Source: an uncultured Gammaproteobacteria bacterium (GTDB lineage: Bacteria > Patescibacteriota > Patescibacteriia > UBA9934 > GWF2-40-263). Taken from it: a DNA stretch of 42,614 nucleotides. The DNA is taken from positions 1 through 42,614 of the forward strand of contig CAYRYG010000002.1 in the NCBI GenBank assembly GCA_964428465.1, in the 5' to 3' direction. The notes beneath the pieces are model-generated. The model saw only the letters and a program-made list of their open reading frames with translations. It was not told the DNA's origin and searched no databases. Made by a program: the position numbers and the translations under genes. Below are positions 1-7,678 of this stretch, in pieces (position 1 is the first letter of the stretch; each line of letters begins with the position of its first letter).

Positions 1-708
1 GGCGTTTTCGTCCGTACCCCAGCTGCCGGTCGGGGAGTCGGTCGTCACGCCGGACACCACGATCGACGAGATCGGCGCCGCCGCCGCGCCGCCGCCGCCG
101 CCGCCGCCACCGTCGCCGCCGCCACTGCCGCCGCCACCGTCCGCCACCTCGCCCGACACCGCGACCGATCCCGCATCAAGCATGGGAAGCGCGATCGATC
201 CGGAGTCGCCGAACGTGCCGGCGATGCTGACGTAATAGGTGCCGACGTCCGGCGGGTTGGCCACCTGGTTCGCGCCGGTTCCCGACGCGGTGGCGTTCGT
301 GCCGATCCTCACCGCCACCTCGCTGGCCGCGGCAATGGCGCCGCCGTCGCCCGCGCAGATGGTGATGGTGAGCGTGTCGCCCGCCATCGCGACGGACGCC
401 TGCTCGGCTCCGGCGCAGGTTGCCGCGGTCGTCAGGTCGACCCCGTCATCCTCGACGTCCACGTCGTCTTCCGTGATGGTCGCGGTGTCGAACTCGGAGG
501 CAAAGCCGATCGTGATCGTCTCGCCTTCCGCGGCACCGCTTGGGGTTGTAAAGACCACCTCGTGGTCGGCTTCCGCGGACGTCTCAAGCGACGTCGGATA
601 GTCGTTGGCGGAAGTGACCGTGGCCGCGTTTGAAACGGCCGCAACCAGCATCGTTACGAGAACGATGATGGATACGACGCTCCAAATCTTTTTTGCCAAC
701 GTGCGCAC
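1..708 (-). CDS. secreted surface protein, C-terminus cut off by the window edge
   Basis: Absent from the ORF track because it runs off the window. My translation from GTG at 706-708 gives VRTLAKKIWSVVSIIVLVTMLVAAVSNA/ATVTSANDYPTSLETS...GTYYVSIAGTFGDSGS...GGGGSGGGDGGGGGGGAAAAP. An in-frame TAG lies just upstream (727-729). The basic N-region, hydrophobic core and small-residue site form a signal peptide. A (GCC)n tract at 60-130 encodes a poly-Gly linker. No family recognised. Confidence 0.55.
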   Translation of the reverse strand, partial: MRTLAKKIWSVVSIIVLVTMLVAAVSNAATVTSANDYPTSLETSAEADHEVVFTTPSGAAEGETITIGFASEFDTATITEDDVDVEDDGVDLTTAATCAGAEQASVAMAGDTLTITICAGDGGAIAAASEVAVRIGTNATASGTGANQVANPPDVGTYYVSIAGTFGDSGSIALPMLDAGSVAVSGEVADGGGGSGGGDGGGGGGGGAAAAPISSIVVSGVTTDSPTGSWGTDENA

Positions 709-763
709 ACACGATTGCTCACGCCACTAAAGTGGCTTTGAATTCAAAGGGACTTTAGTCCCG

Positions 764-1696
764 TTACGCTCCAGTTGGGGCGCGACCCCTCGTAAGTCCG
801 CGCCAGACGAGCCAGGCGAGAACAATGCTGCCGACCACGGTCACGACCAGTTGCCATGGGAACATCCAGTAGCGAATCTCCGAGCCGTTCGGGTCGTCGA
901 CCCCGTCGATCACGAGCGTCGCGGTCATCGGGCCAATGGCGAACAGCGACCACTGCGTCCGAATCGTCTCGAGGAAACCGCCCGGTCGCTCGGCCAATTC
1001 GCCGGAGAACGTTCGTGTCGTCCCCGGCAACACGCGACCACCCTCGACGTTCGCGTCTTTCGTAAATACCGCGCGGCCAAACAGGTCGGTCACGACGATA
1101 TTGGCGATGGGAACGACGGCGACGTTGCCCTGATTTTGCACGCGGAACGCGTAGGACACCTCGTGCGCGACGACCATTCCATCGTCAGGACTCACGAAGT
1201 CGACGATCGCGGACTTCTCGACCGTCTCGCCCTCGACCGTGAGGAATACGAGCGCCGCCATCTTCGCCTCGATGGTCGCGCCGTTGGACGCAACCACCTC
1301 GGACGGCGCGGTCGAGACCGTCACCGCGGCGTAATACGTTCCCGACTGGACGTCGCCCGGGACCGTTATCACGAACGGCACGTCCACCTTTGTGCCGGCC
1401 GGAATCGCGATTTCGCGAACCGGAAATGCGATCCATCCGGCCAGCCCGGATCGATCGTCGTCGCTTGAAAGGAACTGTGGGGTGCCGGACGTCTCATCCG
1501 GGACAAACGCCATGGTCCCGAGATAGTACGTCTGTTCGGCGGCGCCGTTGTTGATGACCGAGATCGTTCGTTCGACCGTCTCGCCGCGAGAGGCGGACAG
1601 ATCGAGCGTTGCCGGAGAGATGGCGAACGCGTGTACGAACGATGGGATCCACAATGCCGCTGCCGCACAGATGAACGTCGCGATGCGTCGGTACAT
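764..1696 (-). CDS. cell-surface protein with signal peptide and C-terminal TM anchor (Ig-like/DUF916-type, tentative)
   Basis: 310-aa ORF. N-terminus MYRRIATFICAAAALWIPSFVHA/FA is a signal peptide. C-terminus PWQLVVTVVGSIVLAWLVWRGLTRGR is a TM anchor plus basic tail. The beta-rich body (TISVINNG..., GTYYAAVTVS) resembles DUF916/WxL-cluster surface proteins by eye only. Its start is 1 nt from the stop of the upstream gene. Confidence 0.65.
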   Translation of the reverse strand: MYRRIATFICAAAALWIPSFVHAFAISPATLDLSASRGETVERTISVINNGAAEQTYYLGTMAFVPDETSGTPQFLSSDDDRSGLAGWIAFPVREIAIPAGTKVDVPFVITVPGDVQSGTYYAAVTVSTAPSEVVASNGATIEAKMAALVFLTVEGETVEKSAIVDFVSPDDGMVVAHEVSYAFRVQNQGNVAVVPIANIVVTDLFGRAVFTKDANVEGGRVLPGTTRTFSGELAERPGGFLETIRTQWSLFAIGPMTATLVIDGVDDPNGSEIRYWMFPWQLVVTVVGSIVLAWLVWRGLTRGRAPTGA

Positions 1697-1697
1697 A

Positions 1698-2603
1698 TCA
1701 GTACATCCCGGAAATGATGAGGGTAAGCTCCTGCGCGTACGTTCCGGCTTCCGTCCCGCCGACGATGGCCCCCTTCAGCGTCAGGAAATTCCGGTCCTCG
1801 TGGACTGCCGAAGACGTGTCCGCGACGTCCTGGAACGACGTGGTAAACGCCGTATCCGACGAGTCGAAGGTGGAACCGGCAAGCGTCGTGTCCGACGATC
1901 GCCCGCCATACTCCTCATCTCCGACCGAGACGGTCCCGTCCGCGACCGCGTTGATGTTCAGGACGCCGTCGCGCATCGCACCGTCCGCGGCGACCTGTAC
2001 CACGTATCCTCCGTCCGCGTCCGTACTTACCTCGATCCCGATGAGGGAGGTCTGGATCGTCGTCGCGGTAAATGTCCCAAGGTCGGCCGAAACGCCCTCG
2101 AGCTGGTAGACGTAATCGTCGGTACCGTCGATGACCGGGGCGGTCCCGTCGTCCTTGAGATCATCCACGGTGATCGTCCCCGCGCCGATCGACACGATCT
2201 GCCCGATCGCGCTGACCTGCCCGGCCCCCCGATCCTGGATGAGACCGATCATGTCGCCCACGGAGAAACCCGCGGTCGCGCACGTGATCGTGTTGCCAGC
2301 GGAGGCGGTCGCCTCCTGTACGACCGCATTGTTTTGCGCAAAGAACGAAAACTCGATGAACTGGTCGTATACGCCCTGGCGGTACCCGGCGCCAAGCGTG
2401 TAATTCGCACTGGTCGACTCGCCGATGGCAGCATTGCCAGTCGTGTCGCGGAGGATATAGGAGGCAGAGGAGCTCCCGTCGTCTCCGCCAGCGCCAATGG
2501 TGTCCCACCGAATTTCGAAATTGGTGGAGCTCATCTGGGCAGAGGCACGGAGTCCCGTACCAAAAAACCCCACAATCACGATGGCGGCGAGAAACCTGCG
2601 CAT
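1698..2603 (-). CDS. secreted protein, first gene of the surface-protein cluster
   Basis: ORF 1698-2654. I prefer the internal ATG at 2603 (MRRFLAAIVIVGFFGTGLRASAQ/MSS), which gives a clean signal peptide. Ser/Thr/Gly/Asp-rich beta-type composition with repeated S-x-N-[FY] motifs. No family recognised. Confidence 0.6.
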   Translation of the reverse strand: MRRFLAAIVIVGFFGTGLRASAQMSSTNFEIRWDTIGAGGDDGSSSASYILRDTTGNAAIGESTSANYTLGAGYRQGVYDQFIEFSFFAQNNAVVQEATASAGNTITCATAGFSVGDMIGLIQDRGAGQVSAIGQIVSIGAGTITVDDLKDDGTAPVIDGTDDYVYQLEGVSADLGTFTATTIQTSLIGIEVSTDADGGYVVQVAADGAMRDGVLNINAVADGTVSVGDEEYGGRSSDTTLAGSTFDSSDTAFTTSFQDVADTSSAVHEDRNFLTLKGAIVGGTEAGTYAQELTLIISGMY

Positions 2604-2904
2604 AATCCGACCATTCGGTACCCCTATTTTACCTTGAATACAGAATTTAGTCAAGGCATTATTAGGCTAACCTTAGCCAAGAAATATATTGATATCTGTC
2701 GATATTTTATAAAACTCCTCGAAATTATTGTCATTCCGACTGAAATTCACACAACTTATACACATACTAAAAACTTGTCCACACCAGTGTAGACAAGTTA
2801 TACATCATCTCTATTGGTTCAAACTGGTACTACTCCACGCATTGATACTCGAGAGTGAATCACCTGCGCAACAGCCAAACTATACCATGTTACTTGCATC
2901 ACGT

Positions 2905-2928
2905 AAATTGTTTCACGTGAAACATTTT
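2905..2928. promoter_or_regulatory. 24-bp near-perfect palindrome AAATTGTTTCAC|GTGAAACATTTT (copy 1)
   Basis: Read directly. There is one mismatch between the arms. It is nearly identical to the perfect copy at 3238-3261. Both sit in the AT-rich non-coding spacer. Confidence 0.45.
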
Positions 2929-3094
2929 ATCCCGATACGTCCTTCCACGGTGTCAGACAGCTGATCAAAATACCACGCTTGTTTGATTCGTCTTCCAAAC
3001 AATTGACGCATCCACCGAATCGCAGACTACCGTTCCTCGACTGGCTGACTCAACCAGCGAGTGTCGGGCCGATCTTGATGTAAGAATGATGAAC

Positions 3095-3124
3095 AAAAAA
3101 CATCCACGCGAGGTGGATGTTTTT
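3095..3124 (-). terminator. intrinsic terminator downstream of tRNA-Ala (bidirectional shape)
   Basis: AAAAAACATCCAC-gcgag-GTGGATGTTTTTT. The hairpin is flanked by an A-run and a T-run and lies immediately 3' of the tRNA CCA end on the minus strand. Confidence 0.6.
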
Positions 3125-3200
3125 TGGTGGACCTGTGGGGATTCGAACCCCAGACCTCTGCAATGCGAATGCAGCGCTCTACCAACTGAGCTACAGGCCC
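3125..3200 (-). tRNA. tRNA-Ala(CGC)
   Basis: Reverse complement GGGCCTGTAGCTCAGTTGGTAGAGCGCTGCATTCGCATTGCAGAGGTCTGGGGTTCGAATCCCCACAGGTCCACCA. It folds as a canonical cloverleaf with anticodon loop TTCGCAT, a G3:U70 pair, A73 and an encoded CCA. Confidence 0.93.
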
Positions 3201-3237
3201 ATGGAGGTAATCATCGATCAGTTTGAAGCGACCGTGC

Positions 3238-3261
3238 AAAATGTTTCACGTGAAACATTTT
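3238..3261. promoter_or_regulatory. 24-bp perfect palindrome AAAATGTTTCAC|GTGAAACATTTT (copy 2)
   Basis: Read directly. It lies between tRNA-Arg(CCT) (3' end at 3269) and tRNA-Ala (5' end at 3200). It could fold as a 10-bp stem with an ACGT loop, or serve as a dimeric-protein operator. Confidence 0.45.
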
Positions 3262-3268
3262 CTTTCTC

Positions 3269-3343
3269 TGGTGCCCCCGGAGGGAATTGAACCCCCATCG
3301 TATCCTTAGGACGGATCCGCTCTATCCGTTGAGCTACAGGGGC
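3269..3343 (-). tRNA. tRNA-Arg(CCT)
   Basis: Reverse complement GCCCCTGTAGCTCAACGGATAGAGCGGATCCGTCCTAAGGATACGATGGGGGTTCAATTCCCTCCGGGGGCACCA. Anticodon loop is GTCCTAA. The cloverleaf has one 27:43 mismatch. CCA is encoded. Confidence 0.85.
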
Positions 3344-3469
3344 CGGGGACCCTCATGTGTCGTAAAACGTTACGACCATTCTACCGCCGTCTTGTGGATG
3401 GGAGCATGATATACTTGTGCGGCAGTGCCGACAGTATAGAGCACCTAAACGACTACGTCAAAGGTCCGT

Positions 3470-4600
3470 ATGACGATTGAACCGTTCCTGCTTCTCGCAC
3501 TTGTTCTCGGCCTTCTTATCACCCTTGTCATTATTGGTTTTTTAGCTTTTAGCCGCCGATCCTCGCAGAACCCTGCCCAGGATCCGGCGGTCCTCGTCAA
3601 CGTCGTCAACGATCTGCGTCGTGAGCTCCAGGACGCCCAGCACAAGAACCGAACCGAGGTTCAACAACGGCTGGACGTCATGAGCGACCAGCTGCTCAAG
3701 GGCCTTTCCGAATCATCGAGTACGCTTCAAAAGCACTTCGCCCACAGCTTAGGCACATTCAAGGATGTTACGGAAAGACTGACAAGGATCGATGAGACAA
3801 ACAAGCAGGTGCTTGAGTTCTCAAACCAGCTCCAGAGCCTGGAAAACATCCTCAAGAACCCGAAGCAGCGCGGGATCCTCGGCGAGTATTGGTTGGAGAC
3901 CTTGCTCGGACAGGTGTTGCAGCCAGGACAATACAAGATGCAGTACGACCTCGGGCTTGATGAGGAGACCGGAGCGAGGCTGATTCCGGACTCGGTTATC
4001 TTCATCAAAGATTTGTTGATACCTATTGACGCAAAATTTTCGTTAGAGAATTACAACAAGGTTTCCCAAGAATCTGACAGCACACGGCGCGAGGTTCTCG
4101 AAAAGGAATTCAAGTCCGACGTAAAAAAACGCATCGACGAGACGTCGAAGTACATCAAGACGGACAGGGGGACGACGAACTTCGCATTCATGTTCGTTCC
4201 GGCGGAAGGCGTTTACCACAGTCTGATCGGCGCCTCGGTAGGAGCCGTGCAGGTAAACTCCCGCAACCTGATCGAATACGCGTTTGAAAAAGGGGTGATG
4301 ATCGTCTCGCCGACTTCCTTCTACGCCTACTTGCAAACGGTTCTGCTCGGCCTCAAGGCGTTGCAGATCGAAGAAAGTGTCAAAGAGATTCAACAGTTTG
4401 CCGAACAGCTCGTCCGCCACCTGAAATCGTACGAGGACTATCACAACAAGATCGGAAAGCACCTGGAGACGACGTACAAAGCCTACTCGGATTCGTCCAA
4501 GGAGTTCAAGAAGATCGACAAGGACATCTTTAAGATCACGGCCGGCGTGACGGGAAAGACCATCGAGCCGCTCGAAATCGACCGTCCGGTCATCGAATAG
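3470..4600 (+). CDS. rmuC: DNA recombination protein RmuC
   Basis: 376 aa with an N-terminal TM helix, a coiled-coil region, then the RmuC core (NPKQRGILGEYWLETLL..., IPDSVIF...IPIDAKF, FAFMFVPAEGVY, VSPTSFYAYLQ). Visibly lower GC than its neighbours. Confidence 0.9.
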   Translation: MTIEPFLLLALVLGLLITLVIIGFLAFSRRSSQNPAQDPAVLVNVVNDLRRELQDAQHKNRTEVQQRLDVMSDQLLKGLSESSSTLQKHFAHSLGTFKDVTERLTRIDETNKQVLEFSNQLQSLENILKNPKQRGILGEYWLETLLGQVLQPGQYKMQYDLGLDEETGARLIPDSVIFIKDLLIPIDAKFSLENYNKVSQESDSTRREVLEKEFKSDVKKRIDETSKYIKTDRGTTNFAFMFVPAEGVYHSLIGASVGAVQVNSRNLIEYAFEKGVMIVSPTSFYAYLQTVLLGLKALQIEESVKEIQQFAEQLVRHLKSYEDYHNKIGKHLETTYKAYSDSSKEFKKIDKDIFKITAGVTGKTIEPLEIDRPVIE

Positions 4601-4601
4601 C

Positions 4602-5675
4602 ATGGAAACGTGGCAACGGGAACTGCGGCAGTGCATCCGGACGTTCGACCAGCTCGAGCAACGCATTCCAACGATGAGCCGCGAGCGCATGCGCGAAGTG
4701 CTCGCGAACATGCGGCTGTCGATTACGCCGCACACCGCGTCGCTCATCCGTTTCGACGATCCGAGCGACCCGCTCTTCCTGATGTCCGTCCCGCAGGAGC
4801 GCGAGCTGAGCGTGACGCCCGAGGAACTCGTCGATCCGATCGGCGACGAGGCGAAGTCGCCCGTGCCGTTTCTCACGCACCGGTACGCGGACCGCGTCCT
4901 TATCTACGCGACCTTCTCGTGTTCGCATTATTGTCGCTTCTGTTTTCGCCGGTTCAAGACTGGGCAGGCAACTCCCGGCCCGTCGCCGGAGGACATGAAT
5001 CGCATCGGCGCGTACCTGTCCGGGCACCCCGAGGTGGACGAGGTTATTCTCACCGGCGGCGATCCGCTGACCCTGCTCGACGGACAGATCGAACAGTGGC
5101 TTGTTCGACTGCGCGCGATCCCGTCGATCAAGCGCATCCGCTTCCACACGCGCGTGCCGGTGAACCTTCCGTCGCGCATCACGGACGCGCTCGTCGCGAC
5201 GCTTCGCCGACACCAGGACGCGACGCGCCCGATCTTCGTCGTCACGCACTTCAACCATCCGCGCGAGATCGCCGACCAGAACGTCGAGGCCATCGCGAGG
5301 CTCGTCGACGCGGGCATCGTCGTACGCAACCAGAGCGTTCTGCTGAAGGGCGTGAACGACGACGCGGACACGCTCTCGGAACTGTTCAAACGGCTCACGG
5401 ACATCCGCGTGGTCCCGTACTACCTGCACCAGCTCGACCTCGCGCGCGGCACCGGCCACTTCCGCGTCCCGATCGAGCGGGGAATCGAGCTCATGCGCTC
5501 GCTCCAGGGCCGAACCACCGGCATCGCGCTCCCGCGATACATGCTCGACCTGCCGGGAGGGCATGGAAAGATCCCCATCGGCCACCCCTACCTCCGTCGG
5601 AAGCCAGACGGGACGTATGAGGCGACCGCCCCGGACGGCCGGACACTGACGTACCGCGAACCCGCCCAAGCTTGA
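4602..5675 (+). CDS. KamA-family radical-SAM lysine 2,3-aminomutase (EpmB/YjeK-like by size)
   Basis: 357 aa. Radical-SAM cluster motif CSHYCRFCFRR. Also has LTGGDPL, HTRVPV, THFNHPRE and RNQSVLLKGVND blocks typical of KamA/EpmB. Starts 1 nt after the rmuC stop. Confidence 0.9.
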   Translation: METWQRELRQCIRTFDQLEQRIPTMSRERMREVLANMRLSITPHTASLIRFDDPSDPLFLMSVPQERELSVTPEELVDPIGDEAKSPVPFLTHRYADRVLIYATFSCSHYCRFCFRRFKTGQATPGPSPEDMNRIGAYLSGHPEVDEVILTGGDPLTLLDGQIEQWLVRLRAIPSIKRIRFHTRVPVNLPSRITDALVATLRRHQDATRPIFVVTHFNHPREIADQNVEAIARLVDAGIVVRNQSVLLKGVNDDADTLSELFKRLTDIRVVPYYLHQLDLARGTGHFRVPIERGIELMRSLQGRTTGIALPRYMLDLPGGHGKIPIGHPYLRRKPDGTYEATAPDGRTLTYREPAQA

Positions 5676-5699
5676 CGATTCGCGCGGTTCCGCTATACT
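5672..5699 (+). promoter_or_regulatory. sigma70-type promoter for rpsT (TTGACG-N16-TATACT)
   Basis: Read directly, about 45 nt upstream of the rpsT ATG. It overlaps the end of the aminomutase gene. Confidence 0.5.
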
Positions 5700-5743
5700 G
5701 GCGCCACGCTACATTATTCGACACGCTCAACGTCGAAAACGAT

Positions 5744-6013
5744 ATGCCGATTAAGGAAAACGCCAAAAAGGCCTTCCGCCAGTCCATCAAGCGGACCGTC
5801 CGCAACAGGGGCGTGAAGGACGAGATCAAGTCCCTGCGCGTGAAGTTCCGCAAGCTCGTCACCTCGAAGGAAGTGGCCAAGGCCGAGGAGCTCGTCCGAC
5901 AGCTCGGGAAAAAGCTCGACAAGTCGGTCACCAAGGGCGTGATGAAGAAGAACACCGTCGCCCGCCTCAAGTCGCGCGCGATGGCGAAGCTCAACGCCCT
6001 CAAGAAGGCGTAA
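5744..6013 (+). CDS. rpsT: 30S ribosomal protein S20
   Basis: MPIKENAKKAFRQSIKRTVRNRGVKDEIKSLRVKFRK...ARLKSRAMAKLNALKKA. Typical S20 length (89 aa) and basic helical sequence. The internal ATG at 5744 is preferred over the track start at 5672. Confidence 0.9.
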   Translation: MPIKENAKKAFRQSIKRTVRNRGVKDEIKSLRVKFRKLVTSKEVAKAEELVRQLGKKLDKSVTKGVMKKNTVARLKSRAMAKLNALKKA

Positions 6014-6018
6014 GACCG

Positions 6019-6044
6019 AAACGGACCAACGCGGTCCGTTTTTG
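6019..6044 (+). terminator. intrinsic terminator after rpsT
   Basis: AAACGGACC-aacgc-GGTCCGTTT followed by a T-run. Confidence 0.75.
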
Positions 6045-6103
6045 GTTGACATGAGGGCAAATCTGCGCTACGCTTCGTTCCTTCGTCCTTTCAAGGAGGC
6101 GCG

Positions 6104-6787
6104 ATGCGCAGGCTGTTTTTGCTCGGCGGCGACGACTGGGATGTCGACGCGGAGCTCGACGATTGGTGGCTCGGGCTCGCGGGCCCGAACCCGACCGTAT
6201 GCGTGATCCCGACGGCGGGAGGCGACGCGGCGCAGGAGATCGACGCGTTCCTGCGGACGTTCCGGTCCGCCTGCAAGGAGATCAGGATCCTGCGGCTCTT
6301 CCGGCGGGACGCCGAGGACGTCGACGCGTTCCTCGCGGACGCGAGCCTCGTCTACGTGATGGGCGGAAATACGGCGAGCATGCTGGCCGTGTGGCACGCC
6401 CACGGCGTAGACGACGCGCTACGACGCGCGTGGGAGCGAGGCATGGTCGTCGGCGGCGTCAGCGCCGCGGCGATCGCGTTCTCCGCGGGAGGCATCACGG
6501 ACTCGTACGGGCCGCATCGCGCCTTCTCGGAGACGCCCGCGTTCGTGGAAGACTCCGTCTCACCTCATCACGACGAGGGGAGCCGGCGCCCCCTCTTCGA
6601 GTCCGCGATCCTCGAGCGGCGGCTGCCCGTCGGCTACGGCCTCGACAACGGGGTCGGCGTCCTGTTCGAGGGCGACAAAGCCGTGCGGTTCGTCAGCGCG
6701 CGGCCCGGGGCCCGCGCCTGGTACACGACCCCGGGAAAGACGTACGAGATCGTCCCGGACCGGCCGAGCCCCTGCTGCCGCGAGTAA
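6104..6787 (+). CDS. S51-family peptidase (dipeptidase E/cyanophycinase-like)
   Basis: 227 aa. VCVIPTAGGD..., YVMGGNT..L and GGVSAAAI (nucleophile-Ser elbow) match the peptidase S51 pattern. AAGGAGG SD at 6093-6099. Confidence 0.75.
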   Translation: MRRLFLLGGDDWDVDAELDDWWLGLAGPNPTVCVIPTAGGDAAQEIDAFLRTFRSACKEIRILRLFRRDAEDVDAFLADASLVYVMGGNTASMLAVWHAHGVDDALRRAWERGMVVGGVSAAAIAFSAGGITDSYGPHRAFSETPAFVEDSVSPHHDEGSRRPLFESAILERRLPVGYGLDNGVGVLFEGDKAVRFVSARPGARAWYTTPGKTYEIVPDRPSPCCRE

Positions 6788-6849
6788 ATCCGCGGCTCTT
6801 TTCATAAGGGAACAACGAGACTACACTTGTCCGATCGACCGAACCGGCC

Positions 6850-7653
6850 ATGGAAAAATTCAACCACAACCTGCCCGCGCACGCGATGGCAATGCGCCGA
6901 TTGCCATTTTCGTATTTCTCGCTTCCGATCTACCTTGACGACCGCGCATACGTCCTCGAGCGCAACGGCGAGACGATCGTCGCGGCCATGGACGACGACG
7001 CCCCGAACGAGGCGCAGGCGTTATTCGTCCCGGAACGTCCCGAAAACAGACGGGACATCGCGGTTCGATTCGCGACGAAACAGGAACGGGACGGCCTTGC
7101 CGCGGGCGGGCGCGTTCTATTTGAACGACATGCGACCACGGAGTTCTTCTACCGGACGGACGACTTCACCCATCCGACGGGCGCGTTCGCGAAAAAAATC
7201 CGATCGTTCGTCGCCCATCGCCGTTTCACGGTACGGCACGCGTATCCGAGGGACGCCGTCGCGTCCTTTTACCACGAGTGGAAACGGCAGCGGCCCCGTG
7301 AGTCCGCCACGATCGACGAGTCCGAGCGATCATTTTTCTCGACGCTGGATCGCCTTGAGGAATTCGACGTCAGGCAGGTGTACGTCGAGATCGACGGATC
7401 GCTCGCGGGACTGGCATGGGGGGTCGAGCACGGATCTGGCAACTGGGCCGGCCTGCACATGAAGGCGCTTTATCGCGAGCGGGACCTCGGCCGCTTTCTT
7501 CAGCACGAGCGCGCGAAGCTGTTCGCGGGACACGAGCTCTTCACGCTCGGGACCGCGCTGTCCGACGCGGGAGTCGACCGGTTCAAACGCGAGCTCGGAC
7601 CCGCCGAGGAACGCGAATATTTTTTCCTCCTCTTGGGAGACAAGGATTCCTGA
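6850..7653 (+). CDS. DUF2156-like protein (stand-alone homologue of the aminoacyl-phosphatidylglycerol synthase C-terminal GNAT-fold domain)
   Basis: 267 aa. The pattern FYRTDDF...G.FAKKIRSF, YHEW, VEIDGSLAGLAWG, GLHMKAL and GVDRFKRELGP...EYFF matches my memory of DUF2156/LPG_synthase_C. Not verified by search. Confidence 0.5.
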   Translation: MEKFNHNLPAHAMAMRRLPFSYFSLPIYLDDRAYVLERNGETIVAAMDDDAPNEAQALFVPERPENRRDIAVRFATKQERDGLAAGGRVLFERHATTEFFYRTDDFTHPTGAFAKKIRSFVAHRRFTVRHAYPRDAVASFYHEWKRQRPRESATIDESERSFFSTLDRLEEFDVRQVYVEIDGSLAGLAWGVEHGSGNWAGLHMKALYRERDLGRFLQHERAKLFAGHELFTLGTALSDAGVDRFKRELGPAEEREYFFLLLGDKDS

Positions 7654-7678
7654 CTCGACTGTGATAAAATGAGGGCAC

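Noticed and set aside
2728-2964. A 78-aa ORF in the AT-rich spacer.
   Set aside because: It has no RBS. Its composition (many His, Leu, Lys, Cys) is implausible compared with all other genes. It spans one of the palindromes and looks like a chance ORF in AT-rich DNA.
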